Shown: positions 1 to 9,469 of the stretch, piece after piece | How the letters are laid out: each line of letters opens with the position of its first letter | How positions within the stretch are numbered: position 1 is the stretch's first letter | Notes under the pieces: model-generated | Told to the model about the DNA's origin: nothing | Seen by the model: only the letters and a program-made list of their open reading frames with translations | Databases searched by the model: none | Virus record (IMG/VR): IMGVR_UViG_2579778694_000005 | From: a virus | Lineage: Duplodnaviria; Heunggongvirae; Uroviricota; Caudoviricetes | Reading direction: 5' to 3' (one strand) | DNA length: 64,000 bases | Position numbers and translations under genes: made by a program

Positions 1-3000
1 TTCGTTCATATCCCCTTCACCAAACAGCGCCAGCTGTGGAGAATCAGCGATGCCACCTTTCTGATACGCACGCAGCGGAACCACGCCGTCTTTCCCGAAA
101 ATGCCGCCTTTGGCGAACTTCGGAATTGCCGGGATGCCGCCAGTACCATCAGATGCCGATCCGGTGAGATTGTTGAATCCGGAGTTAGAGCCGGAGGAAC
201 CAGATCCGATGTTGTCGAAGCCACCACCAGCCCAGGCCGACACCAGCCCGGAGGCAATGGTAGCGCCGAAGCTCAACCACTTATTGCCAGAGCCGGACAT
301 GTTTGCGCCCAGCATGGCAAACGCGGCAGAAAGCGCCCCAGTGACAGAGCTAAGGTTCTGCATGGAGAAGATGGATGTCTTCACCGCTTTGGTTTCCGCG
401 TCTTTGGCTTCAGTACTGGTGAACAGTCCATTTACCCAGCTGCCGATCGCGTTGGTTGCAGATCCAATCGCGCTGGTCGTCTGCTGAGTGGTCTGCCCCA
501 GACCGGAGACCGAGCTGGAGGTCTCTTTCGTCGCCTCACCCACGCTCTTATCGCCGTTGACCGCATTCATCCGGACGCCCTGGTTGGCAACCGCTGACGC
601 GACACCAGAAAGCAGATTGCCGCTCTGAGAGCTGCCCGCTGCCGTCGTTCCCATCCCCAGCATGTTCATGAGAGGCAGGGTGATCTGCGTCTTCACAACC
701 ATGTTGGTGATGTCACGGAGGATGGATTCTGCCAGGCTGGAGAAGTCCATTTTCCCCTTCATGACGAAGTCGGTCAGCGTATCCGTCATGTTGCTGAACA
801 GGTTGCTCCAGCTATTTTCCAGCTGATCGGCCAGATTCTCGTACTCAAGCGCCAGCTTCTGTGTCGCCGTACCCGTCTCTTTGATGAGAGCGGTGTTGCC
901 TGCCGCCACCAGCTGGTTAATCTGCTTGGTGTAAAGCGCCACGATTTTCGGATCAGAAGCCTGGTCACGCAGATCCATCAACGCTTTCAGGTTACGGTTG
1001 TAGGTGTCGTTGAAATCGACCACCTTCTCTTCACGAGACGGCTTGTAACCCGCGCTGATGATAGAATCGGATTCCGGCGCCCAGGTGGAGATCATCTGCT
1101 CGACGTTGCGGCGGTTGAACATCTCGCGATAGTCGTCGCTCGCGTTCGCCAGGTCAGCCAGGCGTGACTTGGCTTTGTCGATCATCTCCTGAGTGATGAA
1201 CTCATTCGGTACGGCGTTGGCCAGTTCGGTCAGCGATTTGGTGGTATCGCGGAGAGACTGATCAAACGACACGGTCGCTTTTGAGCTTTCACCCATCTGC
1301 CCCATAAGCTGATCGGCTTTATCCAGGGCTTTCTGGTAGCCGGCCGCCAGCTTACGCTGCGCATTTTCTTCCTTCCTCGCGGCACGCTGAGAAGCATTGG
1401 CAGTACGCTGCCCGGCTTTTTCCGCTGCTGCGGCGTCCTGCTCACGCGCTTTGGTCAGTGCGGCGATCGCGGCTGCACGTTCCTCGTCGCTCATTTTCTC
1501 CAGAGAGCTGGCGCTGGAGGCTTTCTGCAGGTTCAACTGGGTTTTGAGCTGTTTCGGCCCGATGATCGGCTTGCCTTCGAAGTCCAGCATCGCCGTACCG
1601 TCTGGCAGTGTGCGCTGGTAGGTCGCGGAGTCCATCTGGTTCCGCATATACTGCGCCAGTGCTTTCTGAGCCGCTTTATCGGTCGTTCCCAGCCCCAGAA
1701 CGGTTCCCTGGTTGGACATTACGCCCTTACCGGTTTTCGCCGCGCTATCACGCTCGAACTCCGCCTGAGTCAGCTCCTGAGCAACAGCTTCAAGATGCTC
1801 CTGATACCCACGGATGCTGCCTTGTAGCTTCTGAACCTGCTCGGTGTTCCCCTCTTTCTTCGCTTTCTCCAGCATGTCGCTGAAGTGGGCAATTTGCTTC
1901 TCGGTTGCGTTTTTGCGAGAAGACAGGTCGTCGACCAGCTTCTGCGCCGGTTCCAGATAGGACTTGTTCACCTTCTCGCGAAGCGGTGCGAGCAGCTTGT
2001 TCTTCTCGTCGTCCGAAAGCGATTTGTCGTCGTTGATTTTCTGGATCTTATCCAGAGCCTCCTGACGGGCTTTCACAAACGTCGCAGAGAAGACCTGGTT
2101 ATCTGCCCGGATTTTCTCAATCTGGGATTCAGCAGCCTCTTTTGCCAGCCGTTTGGCCACCGCGCCATCACCCAGCGCCATCGTGCCTGTGGTTCTTTCG
2201 TACTCTTCCTGATTTTTCTTCAGGCGAGCCTCAACAACCTCTTTGGACTCCTTCACGGCGACAGGGCCAGCCGCTGTGGAGTAGTAGTTCACGCTTTCGC
2301 CGGTTTTAAGCGCCTGCTGGTCTCGCTGGATCTGCTTTTCAAGCTCGGCTGCACGCGCTGCCATCTGCGCACGCTTGGCCGCCGTCATCGCCTCCGGGAT
2401 TTTGCGGATCTCATCCACGACTTTGGACGTTTCGCTGCGGAGCATGGTCATATACGTGATAAGACCGGCTACAGCCACGGTAGCTACGGTGAACGCTGCA
2501 CCAATGGGGTTTGCTGCAATGAACGCAGTTAGCCCAGCAAACGCGCCCTGAAGCCCCGTAATCGCGCCACGGATAGCGAAGATCAGCGATGGGATTGGAG
2601 CCAGCCCCATACGAGCCGCACGATTAAAGCGGGTGACAGCTGTCGCGCCCAGATTGAACGGAGCCTGGAGAACGGTCGACATCTTGGTAAATGTGTTAAC
2701 CATTTGCCCGGCAGTGCCAATCACGCCTGCAATCCCGGCACGCATCAGCTTGAACGCCACCATTGCAGCAACGACTTTGCCCAGGCTGATAACCAGTTCC
2801 TGGTTTTTAGCCAGCCACTGCGCCAGCTCGCGTAAGCCGTCGATCGCCGTGGAGAGTCCGGAACCCAGCGAGTTAGCGAACGAAATGCCCTCTGCGCTAT
2901 TCATGATGGAGGCCAGCTCTTTCATCCCCTTTGAGAGAGAATCCAGATAGCCCGCCTGACCGACACGATCGGCAAACAGCGTAAAGGAGGTTTGCAATTG

Positions 3001-4314
3001 CGCCAGCGCACCAGTGTAGGTTTGCATCATGTCTTTGGCGGCGTTTTCGTTCTCCGCACGCAGACCAACGAACATCAGCGATAGCGCCTGTTTCGCTTCC
3101 ACAGTACCGGTGGAGACTGCTTTGGTCAGTTCCCCCATAGTGATACCGGCAGCGTCTGCCATCGCCTTCATCGCGTTAGGAACGGCTTCACCTAATTGCT
3201 GACGCAGTTCTTCCATCGACACGACGCCCTTACCGGACATCTGCTGGACAGCCACGGCAGCACGTTTAAGCAGCTCGCTATCGCCGCCGAAGCGTGCAAC
3301 GGAGTCCACCAGTGCTTTCAGCGATCCGTCAGTAGGATCGAGACCTGCCGAGCGGAATTTAACGAAGGAATCGGTCAGCGCCTGCATCGCAAACGGGGCG
3401 TTTTGCGCCATATCCACGATGTACTGCATATCCTCTGCGGCTGCTTTGCCAGGGTTGGCCTTGTCCTTGTTCAGCCCGCGCAACATGACGCGCATACGCT
3501 CCATTTCGGAGGCGGCTTCGACGATTGGCTTCTGCCAGCCAAACAGGATGTCAGTTACCGTTCTTGCTGCATCACCAATCTCGCCCAGCAGGAAAATATT
3601 GCCGCGCAGACCAGAGAAAACGCCATTTTCAGCACCGCGCCAGCCGTGGCCATTTGTGCCGCCACGTCGACCGCCACCGCCCTCACCGTAGCCGCTGGTG
3701 CGCACACGTACCGGCTTGCTGATCAGTTGCTGGCGGCCAATCACGGCATCCATCTGATCGCGGACTTTCTTCAGCCCCTCGGCAGCCTGGCTCGCTGTGA
3801 CACCCCAATTACTGAGACGCTTCGTCGTGGTGTTAAGGCGCGTATTCATGCCACTCACGGAGGAAGAGGCTTCTTTTACCTCCGTACCGAAGCGGCTGGC
3901 GCTCTTGCCAGCGAACGTTGCCCAATCGGAAAACTCGTTGAGTTCAGACTGAACCTTGCGCAGCGATGTGGTGAGTTTATTAACGGATGAGGTGGTTGTG
4001 TCGACGCGCTCAATCAGGGTTTTGAGACCTGAGTTGAGGCTGGTAATGTTGCCTCGCGTCTTGCGCGAAACATCAGACACAAGCTCGAAGCCGGCAGCTA
4101 CATCCTGTAGTTTGTCTGCCGTGGCATCGAGCTTGGACTCCAGAACGCCGATGATGCGGGAGACCGAACCCAACGAGCGTTCCAGATTGTTAATTTTCTG
4201 AGCGGGCTTTGTGGCCTGCTCCCCGAATCTGGTAAGTAGCTTACCCGCCCGGTCGATTGACGCTGTAAACTGCTTGTCTTCCAGCGACAGGATAAACTCT
4301 ACGTTTTGTGACAT
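1..4314 (-). CDS. tail tape measure protein (C-terminal end beyond window start)
   Basis: Minus-strand frame open from ATG at 4314 (RBS AAGGGA just upstream) to position 1 without a stop, so it is not in the ORF track. Over 1430 aa, Ala/Gln/Lys-rich helical N-terminal part and Gly/Ser-rich distal part. Sits between chaperone genes and the window edge. The plus-strand ORFs listed in 100-4200 are antisense artefacts. Confidence 0.8.
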   Translation of the reverse strand, partial: MSQNVEFILSLEDKQFTASIDRAGKLLTRFGEQATKPAQKINNLERSLGSVSRIIGVLESKLDATADKLQDVAAGFELVSDVSRKTRGNITSLNSGLKTLIERVDTTTSSVNKLTTSLRKVQSELNEFSDWATFAGKSASRFGTEVKEASSSVSGMNTRLNTTTKRLSNWGVTASQAAEGLKKVRDQMDAVIGRQQLISKPVRVRTSGYGEGGGGRRGGTNGHGWRGAENGVFSGLRGNIFLLGEIGDAARTVTDILFGWQKPIVEAASEMERMRVMLRGLNKDKANPGKAAAEDMQYIVDMAQNAPFAMQALTDSFVKFRSAGLDPTDGSLKALVDSVARFGGDSELLKRAAVAVQQMSGKGVVSMEELRQQLGEAVPNAMKAMADAAGITMGELTKAVSTGTVEAKQALSLMFVGLRAENENAAKDMMQTYTGALAQLQTSFTLFADRVGQAGYLDSLSKGMKELASIMNSAEGISFANSLGSGLSTAIDGLRELAQWLAKNQELVISLGKVVAAMVAFKLMRAGIAGVIGTAGQMVNTFTKMSTVLQAPFNLGATAVTRFNRAARMGLAPIPSLIFAIRGAITGLQGAFAGLTAFIAANPIGAAFTVATVAVAGLITYMTMLRSETSKVVDEIRKIPEAMTAAKRAQMAARAAELEKQIQRDQQALKTGESVNYYSTAAGPVAVKESKEVVEARLKKNQEEYERTTGTMALGDGAVAKRLAKEAAESQIEKIRADNQVFSATFVKARQEALDKIQKINDDKSLSDDEKNKLLAPLREKVNKSYLEPAQKLVDDLSSRKNATEKQIAHFSDMLEKAKKEGNTEQVQKLQGSIRGYQEHLEAVAQELTQAEFERDSAAKTGKGVMSNQGTVLGLGTTDKAAQKALAQYMRNQMDSATYQRTLPDGTAMLDFEGKPIIGPKQLKTQLNLQKASSASSLEKMSDEERAAAIAALTKAREQDAAAAEKAGQRTANASQRAARKEENAQRKLAAGYQKALDKADQLMGQMGESSKATVSFDQSLRDTTKSLTELANAVPNEFITQEMIDKAKSRLADLANASDDYREMFNRRNVEQMISTWAPESDSIISAGYKPSREEKVVDFNDTYNRNLKALMDLRDQASDPKIVALYTKQINQLVAAGNTALIKETGTATQKLALEYENLADQLENSWSNLFSNMTDTLTDFVMKGKMDFSSLAESILRDITNMVVKTQITLPLMNMLGMGTTAAGSSQSGNLLSGVASAVANQGVRMNAVNGDKSVGEATKETSSSVSGLGQTTQQTTSAIGSATNAIGSWVNGLFTSTEAKDAETKAVKTSIFSMQNLSSVTGALSAAFAMLGANMSGSGNKWLSFGATIASGLVSAWAGGGFDNIGSGSSGSNSGFNNLTGSASDGTGGIPAIPKFAKGGIFGKDGVVPLRAYQKGGIADSPQLALFGEGDMNE

Positions 4315-4321
4315 TCCCTTG

Positions 4322-4591
4322 TCATCCTCTGCCAAAAATTTGCATCAGTTGCTCTTTGGCGTCAGGGTCTGCCTTATCCTTGCGTGGATCGTAGACTTTA
4401 TCGGTTACGACTGGTCTTCCAATCCTGAGTTGCAAACCCTCCATGAACGCCTTCACGCCCTCGCCATCTGCCTGGGCAGCGCGAGCGACTTGCAGGTTGC
4501 GGACATCCTCTTCCGCGCGCAGACGGTCGATGTTGCGACTGAGCATCCAGAACATCGTTAGAGGGACGCCCAGCAGCTCTAATGGCGACAC
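4322..4591 (-). CDS. possible tail assembly chaperone T-segment (gpGT-like -1 frame extension)
   Basis: 89-aa ORF in the -1 frame relative to the upstream chaperone ORF. Its frame stays open up to ~4677, overlapping the end of 4672-4989, in the canonical position before the tape measure gene. Confidence 0.35.
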   Translation of the reverse strand: MSPLELLGVPLTMFWMLSRNIDRLRAEEDVRNLQVARAAQADGEGVKAFMEGLQLRIGRPVVTDKVYDPRKDKADPDAKEQLMQIFGRG

Positions 4592-4671
4592 GGCGTAGTG
4601 AGCAACTACACGACTGAAATAGAATCCGAGATCTATCGATACGGTCTTTACCCCGGATTCATCGCGGGAAA

Positions 4672-4989
4672 TTACTTTGCCCCTTCACCAGCCGCTTTTT
4701 CGTTCTCTTCATCAATCACTTCCATAGCGAAGGTGAAGATCTGCTGGAGCTGCGGAACAGTCAGTTTTTCCAGTACAGCGTCCGGCACGGATGGGATGAC
4801 CTTGCGAACCAGGTCGGCGTAAGCAGTTACCTGCTCAACAGGCGACATGTTCTGAAGGTCTTTGCCTTCCATCTGCTTGATGGAGACGAACAGGCCAACA
4901 GTCATTTCAACGATGGGGTATTCCTGACCGCCGAACTTGATGCTTTTCTTCGGAGGCAGAATGGAGTCGAGATCGAGTAATTTGGTCAT
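4672..4989 (-). CDS. tail assembly chaperone (gpG-like)
   Basis: 105-aa acidic protein in the conserved position between major tail and tape measure genes. Confidence 0.5.
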   Translation of the reverse strand: MTKLLDLDSILPPKKSIKFGGQEYPIVEMTVGLFVSIKQMEGKDLQNMSPVEQVTAYADLVRKVIPSVPDAVLEKLTVPQLQQIFTFAMEVIDEENEKAAGEGAK

Positions 4990-5048
4990 TGGTTAAAGTC
5001 CTTTTAAAAGAGAGGCTCTTCCTGAGCCTCTGCTTAGTTGCGTCGCGA

Positions 5049-5795
5049 TTATTCGGCAGAATTAACCGTTACTGCTTTGGTCGCTTTCTTGCCGCCGCTA
5101 TTGCTGGTAAAGGAGATATTTGCCGAACCTTCAGCTACTCCGCGAACCAGACCAGTCTGGTCAACGGTTGCTTTCTCCTGATTGTCGGATTCCCACACAC
5201 CGGTTTTATCGCCGGCATCTGCAGGGGTGATCTGGGCAGTCAGCTGCACGGTCTCACCGGCTTTAACTTCCGGAGATTCCGGAGAGATAGAGACGGTTTT
5301 AACCGGCTTTGGGCCGCTCATTTTCCCCAGCACGCCGTCGTCATCCGGGTAAGCGGTGAACTGAACGGAGAACACACGAACATCATCAGACTGGTAGGTC
5401 ATGGTGAAGTTACCTGCGGTCGCAGCTTTCGGGATGGTCAGAACGTAGTCGGTGGTATCCTGCGGGGTCAGAACCAGCTCTTTGGCTACGTCGATCAGGT
5501 TGACGCCCTGTGCGGAGGTGATGGTCACAGCGTTATCTTCTTCGCTCAGGGTAGATCCCGGCATCAGATCGACCATATTCTGCAACACAGACTCGGCCAG
5601 CGGCGCAGTGATAGTGATGTTACGACCCTGCACCAGCTCGGAGATGGTGGTCTGCCCCAGCTGGTCTACGGTGACTTTCAGAGTTTCGGTCGCAACTTCA
5701 ACCTGAACACCGCCTTTGGTGTAACCCAGATCAACGCCACCAAACGACACTTTGCAGGCGCCAAGTTTGATGTTTTTTACATGGGTATTGGACAT
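5049..5795 (-). CDS. major tail protein with C-terminal bacterial Ig-like (Big_2) domain
   Basis: 248 aa. The C-terminal ~80 aa has a Big_2-like pattern (TVSISPESPEVKAGETVQLTAQITPADAG...VWESDNQEKATVDQTGLVRGVAEG). Position upstream of chaperones/TMP. Strong RBS. Confidence 0.65.
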   Translation of the reverse strand: MSNTHVKNIKLGACKVSFGGVDLGYTKGGVQVEVATETLKVTVDQLGQTTISELVQGRNITITAPLAESVLQNMVDLMPGSTLSEEDNAVTITSAQGVNLIDVAKELVLTPQDTTDYVLTIPKAATAGNFTMTYQSDDVRVFSVQFTAYPDDDGVLGKMSGPKPVKTVSISPESPEVKAGETVQLTAQITPADAGDKTGVWESDNQEKATVDQTGLVRGVAEGSANISFTSNSGGKKATKAVTVNSAE

Positions 5796-5869
5796 TGTTG
5801 GAAAACTCCTTTTTCCGTTAAATCAGCACCTTCATGGTGCCAATGGTAAGTATATACTCACTTATTTTA

Positions 5870-6253
5870 TTAATTCAACAAATAGCCCGCAAATTCAATC
5901 GGGATACCCGCTTCAATCAACGAACCTTCGTTTTTGGGATAAGTAATCGGCATCGACATTGGCCGAACCAACCGGAAGTAAACGCCCTCCGACACGGTTT
6001 CTTCGACCGGGAACATGTCCATGATCTTATTGGCTTTCGCCACCGCCTTTGTGATCGTCGCATTACGCACGATGACGGTGAAAGAGTCGTGATAGAAGCC
6101 TTTTAACTCATGGTCAATGGTGATCCCCGTATTGGGAGTAACCAACAGAACACCGGACTTCACATTGGCTGGCATGTAGTGACAGAAAATGTCAGTGCCG
6201 ACTGTACCGATCTTCGCCTTCTGCATCAGGCTCGCAAATGCTTCAATAAACAC
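5870..6253 (-). CDS. hypothetical virion (neck/tail) protein
   Basis: 127-aa ORF in the structural operon, tightly packed with neighbours. Confidence 0.4.
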   Translation of the reverse strand: MFIEAFASLMQKAKIGTVGTDIFCHYMPANVKSGVLLVTPNTGITIDHELKGFYHDSFTVIVRNATITKAVAKANKIMDMFPVEETVSEGVYFRLVRPMSMPITYPKNEGSLIEAGIPIEFAGYLLN

Positions 6254-6254
6254 A

Positions 6255-6728
6255 TCAACCTCTCGTAAAACCTGCTTTCCTTGCCGCTTCTGCTATCGTC
6301 TGAGTGAACTGCTTCTCACTGATCTGCACGGCTCTCTCAAGGAACAAAGGCCCAACTCGTGGCTTCACACCAGCGACTGGCGGGTTGGTGACGCTCTTCA
6401 TGCGGGAGAGATAGCCTAGACGATACTTGCCCAACTCCATGTACTCCGCATAATCGCCAACCTCAACGCCCTGATGCCCTTCGCGTGGTTTGGCTCCAGA
6501 TACCGATAACTCAATACGCAGCCCGGTATAGCCTTCTTTGACCACTCTCGCGAAGATCGCGCTTTCGAGTGAGCCGGTCTCCAGCGGGGCCATTGCCCGC
6601 GCCAGACGCTCAACCAGACGCGCCAGCTTCTCCATGTCACGGATGAGATAACGCTTAAAGGCTTTCTGGCTGTTATTGAGCCTGTCGCCAGCACGCTTAA
6701 ACTGATGTGCGTCGTACTTCAGACCCAT
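6255..6728 (-). CDS. hypothetical head-tail joining protein
   Basis: 157-aa ORF. Stop/start overlap with neighbours. Position between capsid and tail genes. Confidence 0.4.
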   Translation of the reverse strand: MGLKYDAHQFKRAGDRLNNSQKAFKRYLIRDMEKLARLVERLARAMAPLETGSLESAIFARVVKEGYTGLRIELSVSGAKPREGHQGVEVGDYAEYMELGKYRLGYLSRMKSVTNPPVAGVKPRVGPLFLERAVQISEKQFTQTIAEAARKAGFTRG

Positions 6729-7177
6729 ATGTTTGCCCCTACTTCCAGATGCCCAGGGCGCCCACGCAGTCCCCAGCGACGATGCACGCTGGATACCTTC
6801 AGCTTTTGCCCCTCCAGAATGAGAACGTCATCAAGCTGCACTGCGGCCTCAAGTGGGATCACCAGAACAGCATCGAACAATTCCAGATTCGCTTTACCGC
6901 GACTGCCGGAGCTGTCCGCACGTACCGATGACTTCTCGTTACTTTGCTCAAACTTAACGACGCCGACGTTCGTCTTCCTGACGAACTGCAATTGCGCTTC
7001 ACCGTAGACGTTCTTCGAACCCAGACGGTAAATCGCTATCTCTGCTTGCCATGAAATGTTCATGCACTCTCCCTGTGGTTGGCAGCCGCACTCATTACCA
7101 GGCGAAGGCGCGATTGCTCGTCTTGAGCCTTTCGACCAGAAGTAAATAATGCGACTGGCGTCACGCACGGCGAACAA
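6719..7177 (-). CDS. hypothetical head-tail connector/completion protein
   Basis: 152-aa ORF, overlapping starts and stops typical of morphogenesis operons. Confidence 0.4.
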   Translation of the reverse strand: MFAVRDASRIIYFWSKGSRRAIAPSPGNECGCQPQGECMNISWQAEIAIYRLGSKNVYGEAQLQFVRKTNVGVVKFEQSNEKSSVRADSSGSRGKANLELFDAVLVIPLEAAVQLDDVLILEGQKLKVSSVHRRWGLRGRPGHLEVGANIWV

Positions 7178-7994
7178 TCATGCGGTTATTGATGTAACTG
7201 ACCAGCAGTCGCCAGGTACTGCGAGCCACATGCACATTTGCCGCTTTGCCGGTGCGGTACATATTGGTCGTTTCACCAATGGACTCAGACAGAATGCCGT
7301 CCTCGCGGGCTGCCGCTACGTCATTACCGTTAGCGATTTCGCAGGCTTCATTAACCACGGCCAGCATTAATGCCTGTTTGAAGTAGTCCGGGAACTCGTC
7401 GAATTTCTCCGGCGTCATCTGCTCCCAATCGATCAGATCGTGACGATATGCCCCGTCAGCACCCCACGGAATGTCATAGACGTTCAGCATGTTTTGCGGG
7501 CGGTCGTAACGGTCGAAGTCGATACGCAGGACTTTGCGGATTGAGAACGGCAGCGTTTTGACGCGTCTGGTGGCCTCAATGAGACGTTTGCGCATCAGCC
7601 CTTCGCCATCAGCTAACAGGGTGTCGCCGTTCAGCATATCGATAGCTTGCATCTGGGCGTCTGCGACCGTTGCGAATGACTGGCCTGGAATTGACAGCTC
7701 GAAGCTATTCAGCAGAACGTACATCTTGCGCTCTTCATGCGTCAGCCCGGATGCCACCGCTTTGACAATGACGTGTCGCAGATCGCGCTCTTTATCTGAA
7801 AGCAGGTTGTGTTCGGCCGACACGACAACCGGAATGGACATCTGCCCCTCAGTAATATCGAGAGGTTCGTTATCGACGATGATCGCACCTGCGCCATCTC
7901 TGACGGTATACGTGGCCGACTCAATATCCAGAACGTTAAATGCAAACGACAGGGAAACTGCTTCCCCGCTACGGTACGTGTCGATCTGCGCCAT
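7161..7994 (-). CDS. hypothetical structural protein
   Basis: 277-aa ORF in the late operon. Confidence 0.4.
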   Translation of the reverse strand: MAQIDTYRSGEAVSLSFAFNVLDIESATYTVRDGAGAIIVDNEPLDITEGQMSIPVVVSAEHNLLSDKERDLRHVIVKAVASGLTHEERKMYVLLNSFELSIPGQSFATVADAQMQAIDMLNGDTLLADGEGLMRKRLIEATRRVKTLPFSIRKVLRIDFDRYDRPQNMLNVYDIPWGADGAYRHDLIDWEQMTPEKFDEFPDYFKQALMLAVVNEACEIANGNDVAAAREDGILSESIGETTNMYRTGKAANVHVARSTWRLLVSYINNRMIVRRA

Positions 7995-8440
7995 TACTCA
8001 CCGCCCTGTGCTTTCAGGATGCCTTCGATCATTTCAACGATACCTTTGGCTTTCACGCCAATCTGGTTGCCGATCTGACGCAGACCCGCAATACCTTCAC
8101 AGTCCGCAATCGACTCCAGCTCTTCACGAGTAAAGCGCTGTACCGGTTTGGCTTCCACTTCAGCCGTACCACGTTTCATTGGCACAATATCCGGGGCCGC
8201 CGTCTCGACAATGTCGTCCGCAGTCAAATCATTGCGGCTGCTGTACGCGGCAGAAGGAGATACATTTTTGCCTTCAACGGTAGTGGCACGCATGGAGGCA
8301 CAAATCCGCTGCTGATCGATGAATGGCAGTTCGGCAACCGAGATGCCGTCGACAAACTGGATACCGCAGAGAATGCCCGTGTACCCCAAAAATTGAGGCT
8401 CCAATAAACGAATTTTTGCTGGTTTCATTCTTCTTCTCAC
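7994..8440 (-). CDS. hypothetical structural protein
   Basis: 148-aa ORF. ATGA overlap with the upstream gene. Confidence 0.4.
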   Translation of the reverse strand: MRRRMKPAKIRLLEPQFLGYTGILCGIQFVDGISVAELPFIDQQRICASMRATTVEGKNVSPSAAYSSRNDLTADDIVETAAPDIVPMKRGTAEVEAKPVQRFTREELESIADCEGIAGLRQIGNQIGVKAKGIVEMIEGILKAQGGE

Positions 8441-8471
8441 TTAATGGGCGGCATCGCCGCCCATGTGTTGG

Positions 8472-9395
8472 TTACGCAGCCGGTGCTGCGGTCACTTCAA
8501 CGGTCGCAGTGGCTTTGTGGCTACCGTCTTCCGTGGTGACTTCGATAGTGGCAGTACCTGCAGCCACACCGGTCACAAGTCCAGTTGCGCTATCAACCGT
8601 CGCGAACTCGGCATTTTTTGACGCCCAGGTTACGCGCTTATTGGTTGCGCCAGCCGGTTCGATGTTCGCGGTCAGCTGTACCGTTTTGTTGGCTTCAACG
8701 CTGGTGGTGCTCGGATCGACAGAGACGCCAGTAACAGCAACGACAGGCTCAGTGACTTCAACCGTAGCAGTAGCTTTATGGCTGCCATCCTGCGAAACCA
8801 CTTCAATGGTTGCCGTACCAACGGCTACGCCAGCTACGTTACCGTTCTGGTCAACGGTCGCTTTGTCGTTATTTTTGGAAGTCCAGGTGACTCTTTTATT
8901 TGTTGCGTTTGACGGTTGTACATCAACGCGCAACTTGACCGATTTCCCCTTCTCAACAGAGGTAGAGTCTGGCGTTACCGTAACGGACTCCACGCTGACA
9001 GGCTTAACGGTCACTTCGACTGACGCAGAAAGCTGAGTCTGCTTATCGGTGGCGGTGATCTTCACTTTTCCCGGAGTCACGCCAGTAACCAGACCCGTAC
9101 CGCTGACTGTGGCGACCTGGTCATTGGCCGACGTCCAGGTGAATGAATCTGCGCTTTTGCTCATGGTGATACCTGCACTAAGTTGAACGGTTTTACCCAC
9201 CAATACGGACGGCGCAGCCGGTGTAATGGTGACAGACTGAGTGAACGGAATTGCCCGGAAGCAAGCCGCAAGATGGTTCTGCTGGCGCTCGCTCAGAGGC
9301 TCGTTGGAGATGGAATTGGTGAATCCGGCACGGCACATATGCCCCGTGAAATCCGCAAACGCCTCTTCCGTGATCTTCATCTTTTGTTCTGGCAT
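8472..9395 (-). CDS. head decoration protein with tandem Ig-like (Big_2) domains
   Basis: 307 aa. Two to three repeats of the Big_2-like pattern (VTVTPDSTSVEKGKSVKL..., VSVDPSTTSVEANKTVQLTANIEPAGATNKRVTW...). Immediately downstream of the major capsid gene. Confidence 0.55.
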   Translation of the reverse strand: MPEQKMKITEEAFADFTGHMCRAGFTNSISNEPLSERQQNHLAACFRAIPFTQSVTITPAAPSVLVGKTVQLSAGITMSKSADSFTWTSANDQVATVSGTGLVTGVTPGKVKITATDKQTQLSASVEVTVKPVSVESVTVTPDSTSVEKGKSVKLRVDVQPSNATNKRVTWTSKNNDKATVDQNGNVAGVAVGTATIEVVSQDGSHKATATVEVTEPVVAVTGVSVDPSTTSVEANKTVQLTANIEPAGATNKRVTWASKNAEFATVDSATGLVTGVAAGTATIEVTTEDGSHKATATVEVTAAPAA

Positions 9396-9408
9396 TTCTC
9401 GCTCCTAC

Positions 9409-9436
9409 AAAAAGGGTGGGCGTATAGCCCACCCTT
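9409..9436 (-). terminator. rho-independent terminator/attenuator after major capsid gene
   Basis: Hairpin AGGGTGGGC-GTATA-GCCCACCCT followed by a T-run on the minus strand. Confidence 0.5.
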
Positions 9437-9469
9437 AAATGGTAGATAATTACTTACCTACTATACTGA

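Noticed and set aside
101-4201. Plus-strand ORFs (for example 101-487, 1885-2532, 3196-3990) and short minus ORFs listed in the first 4.3 kb
   Set aside because: They lie antisense or out of frame to a continuous >1430-codon minus-strand tape-measure frame that lacks a stop inside the window. Low-complexity, stop-poor antisense frames are expected there.
8446-8462. GGGCGGC-ATC-GCCGCCC hairpin considered as a terminator
   Set aside because: No adjacent T-run on either strand. It may be an RNA processing or stability element, but cannot be called an intrinsic terminator from sequence alone.
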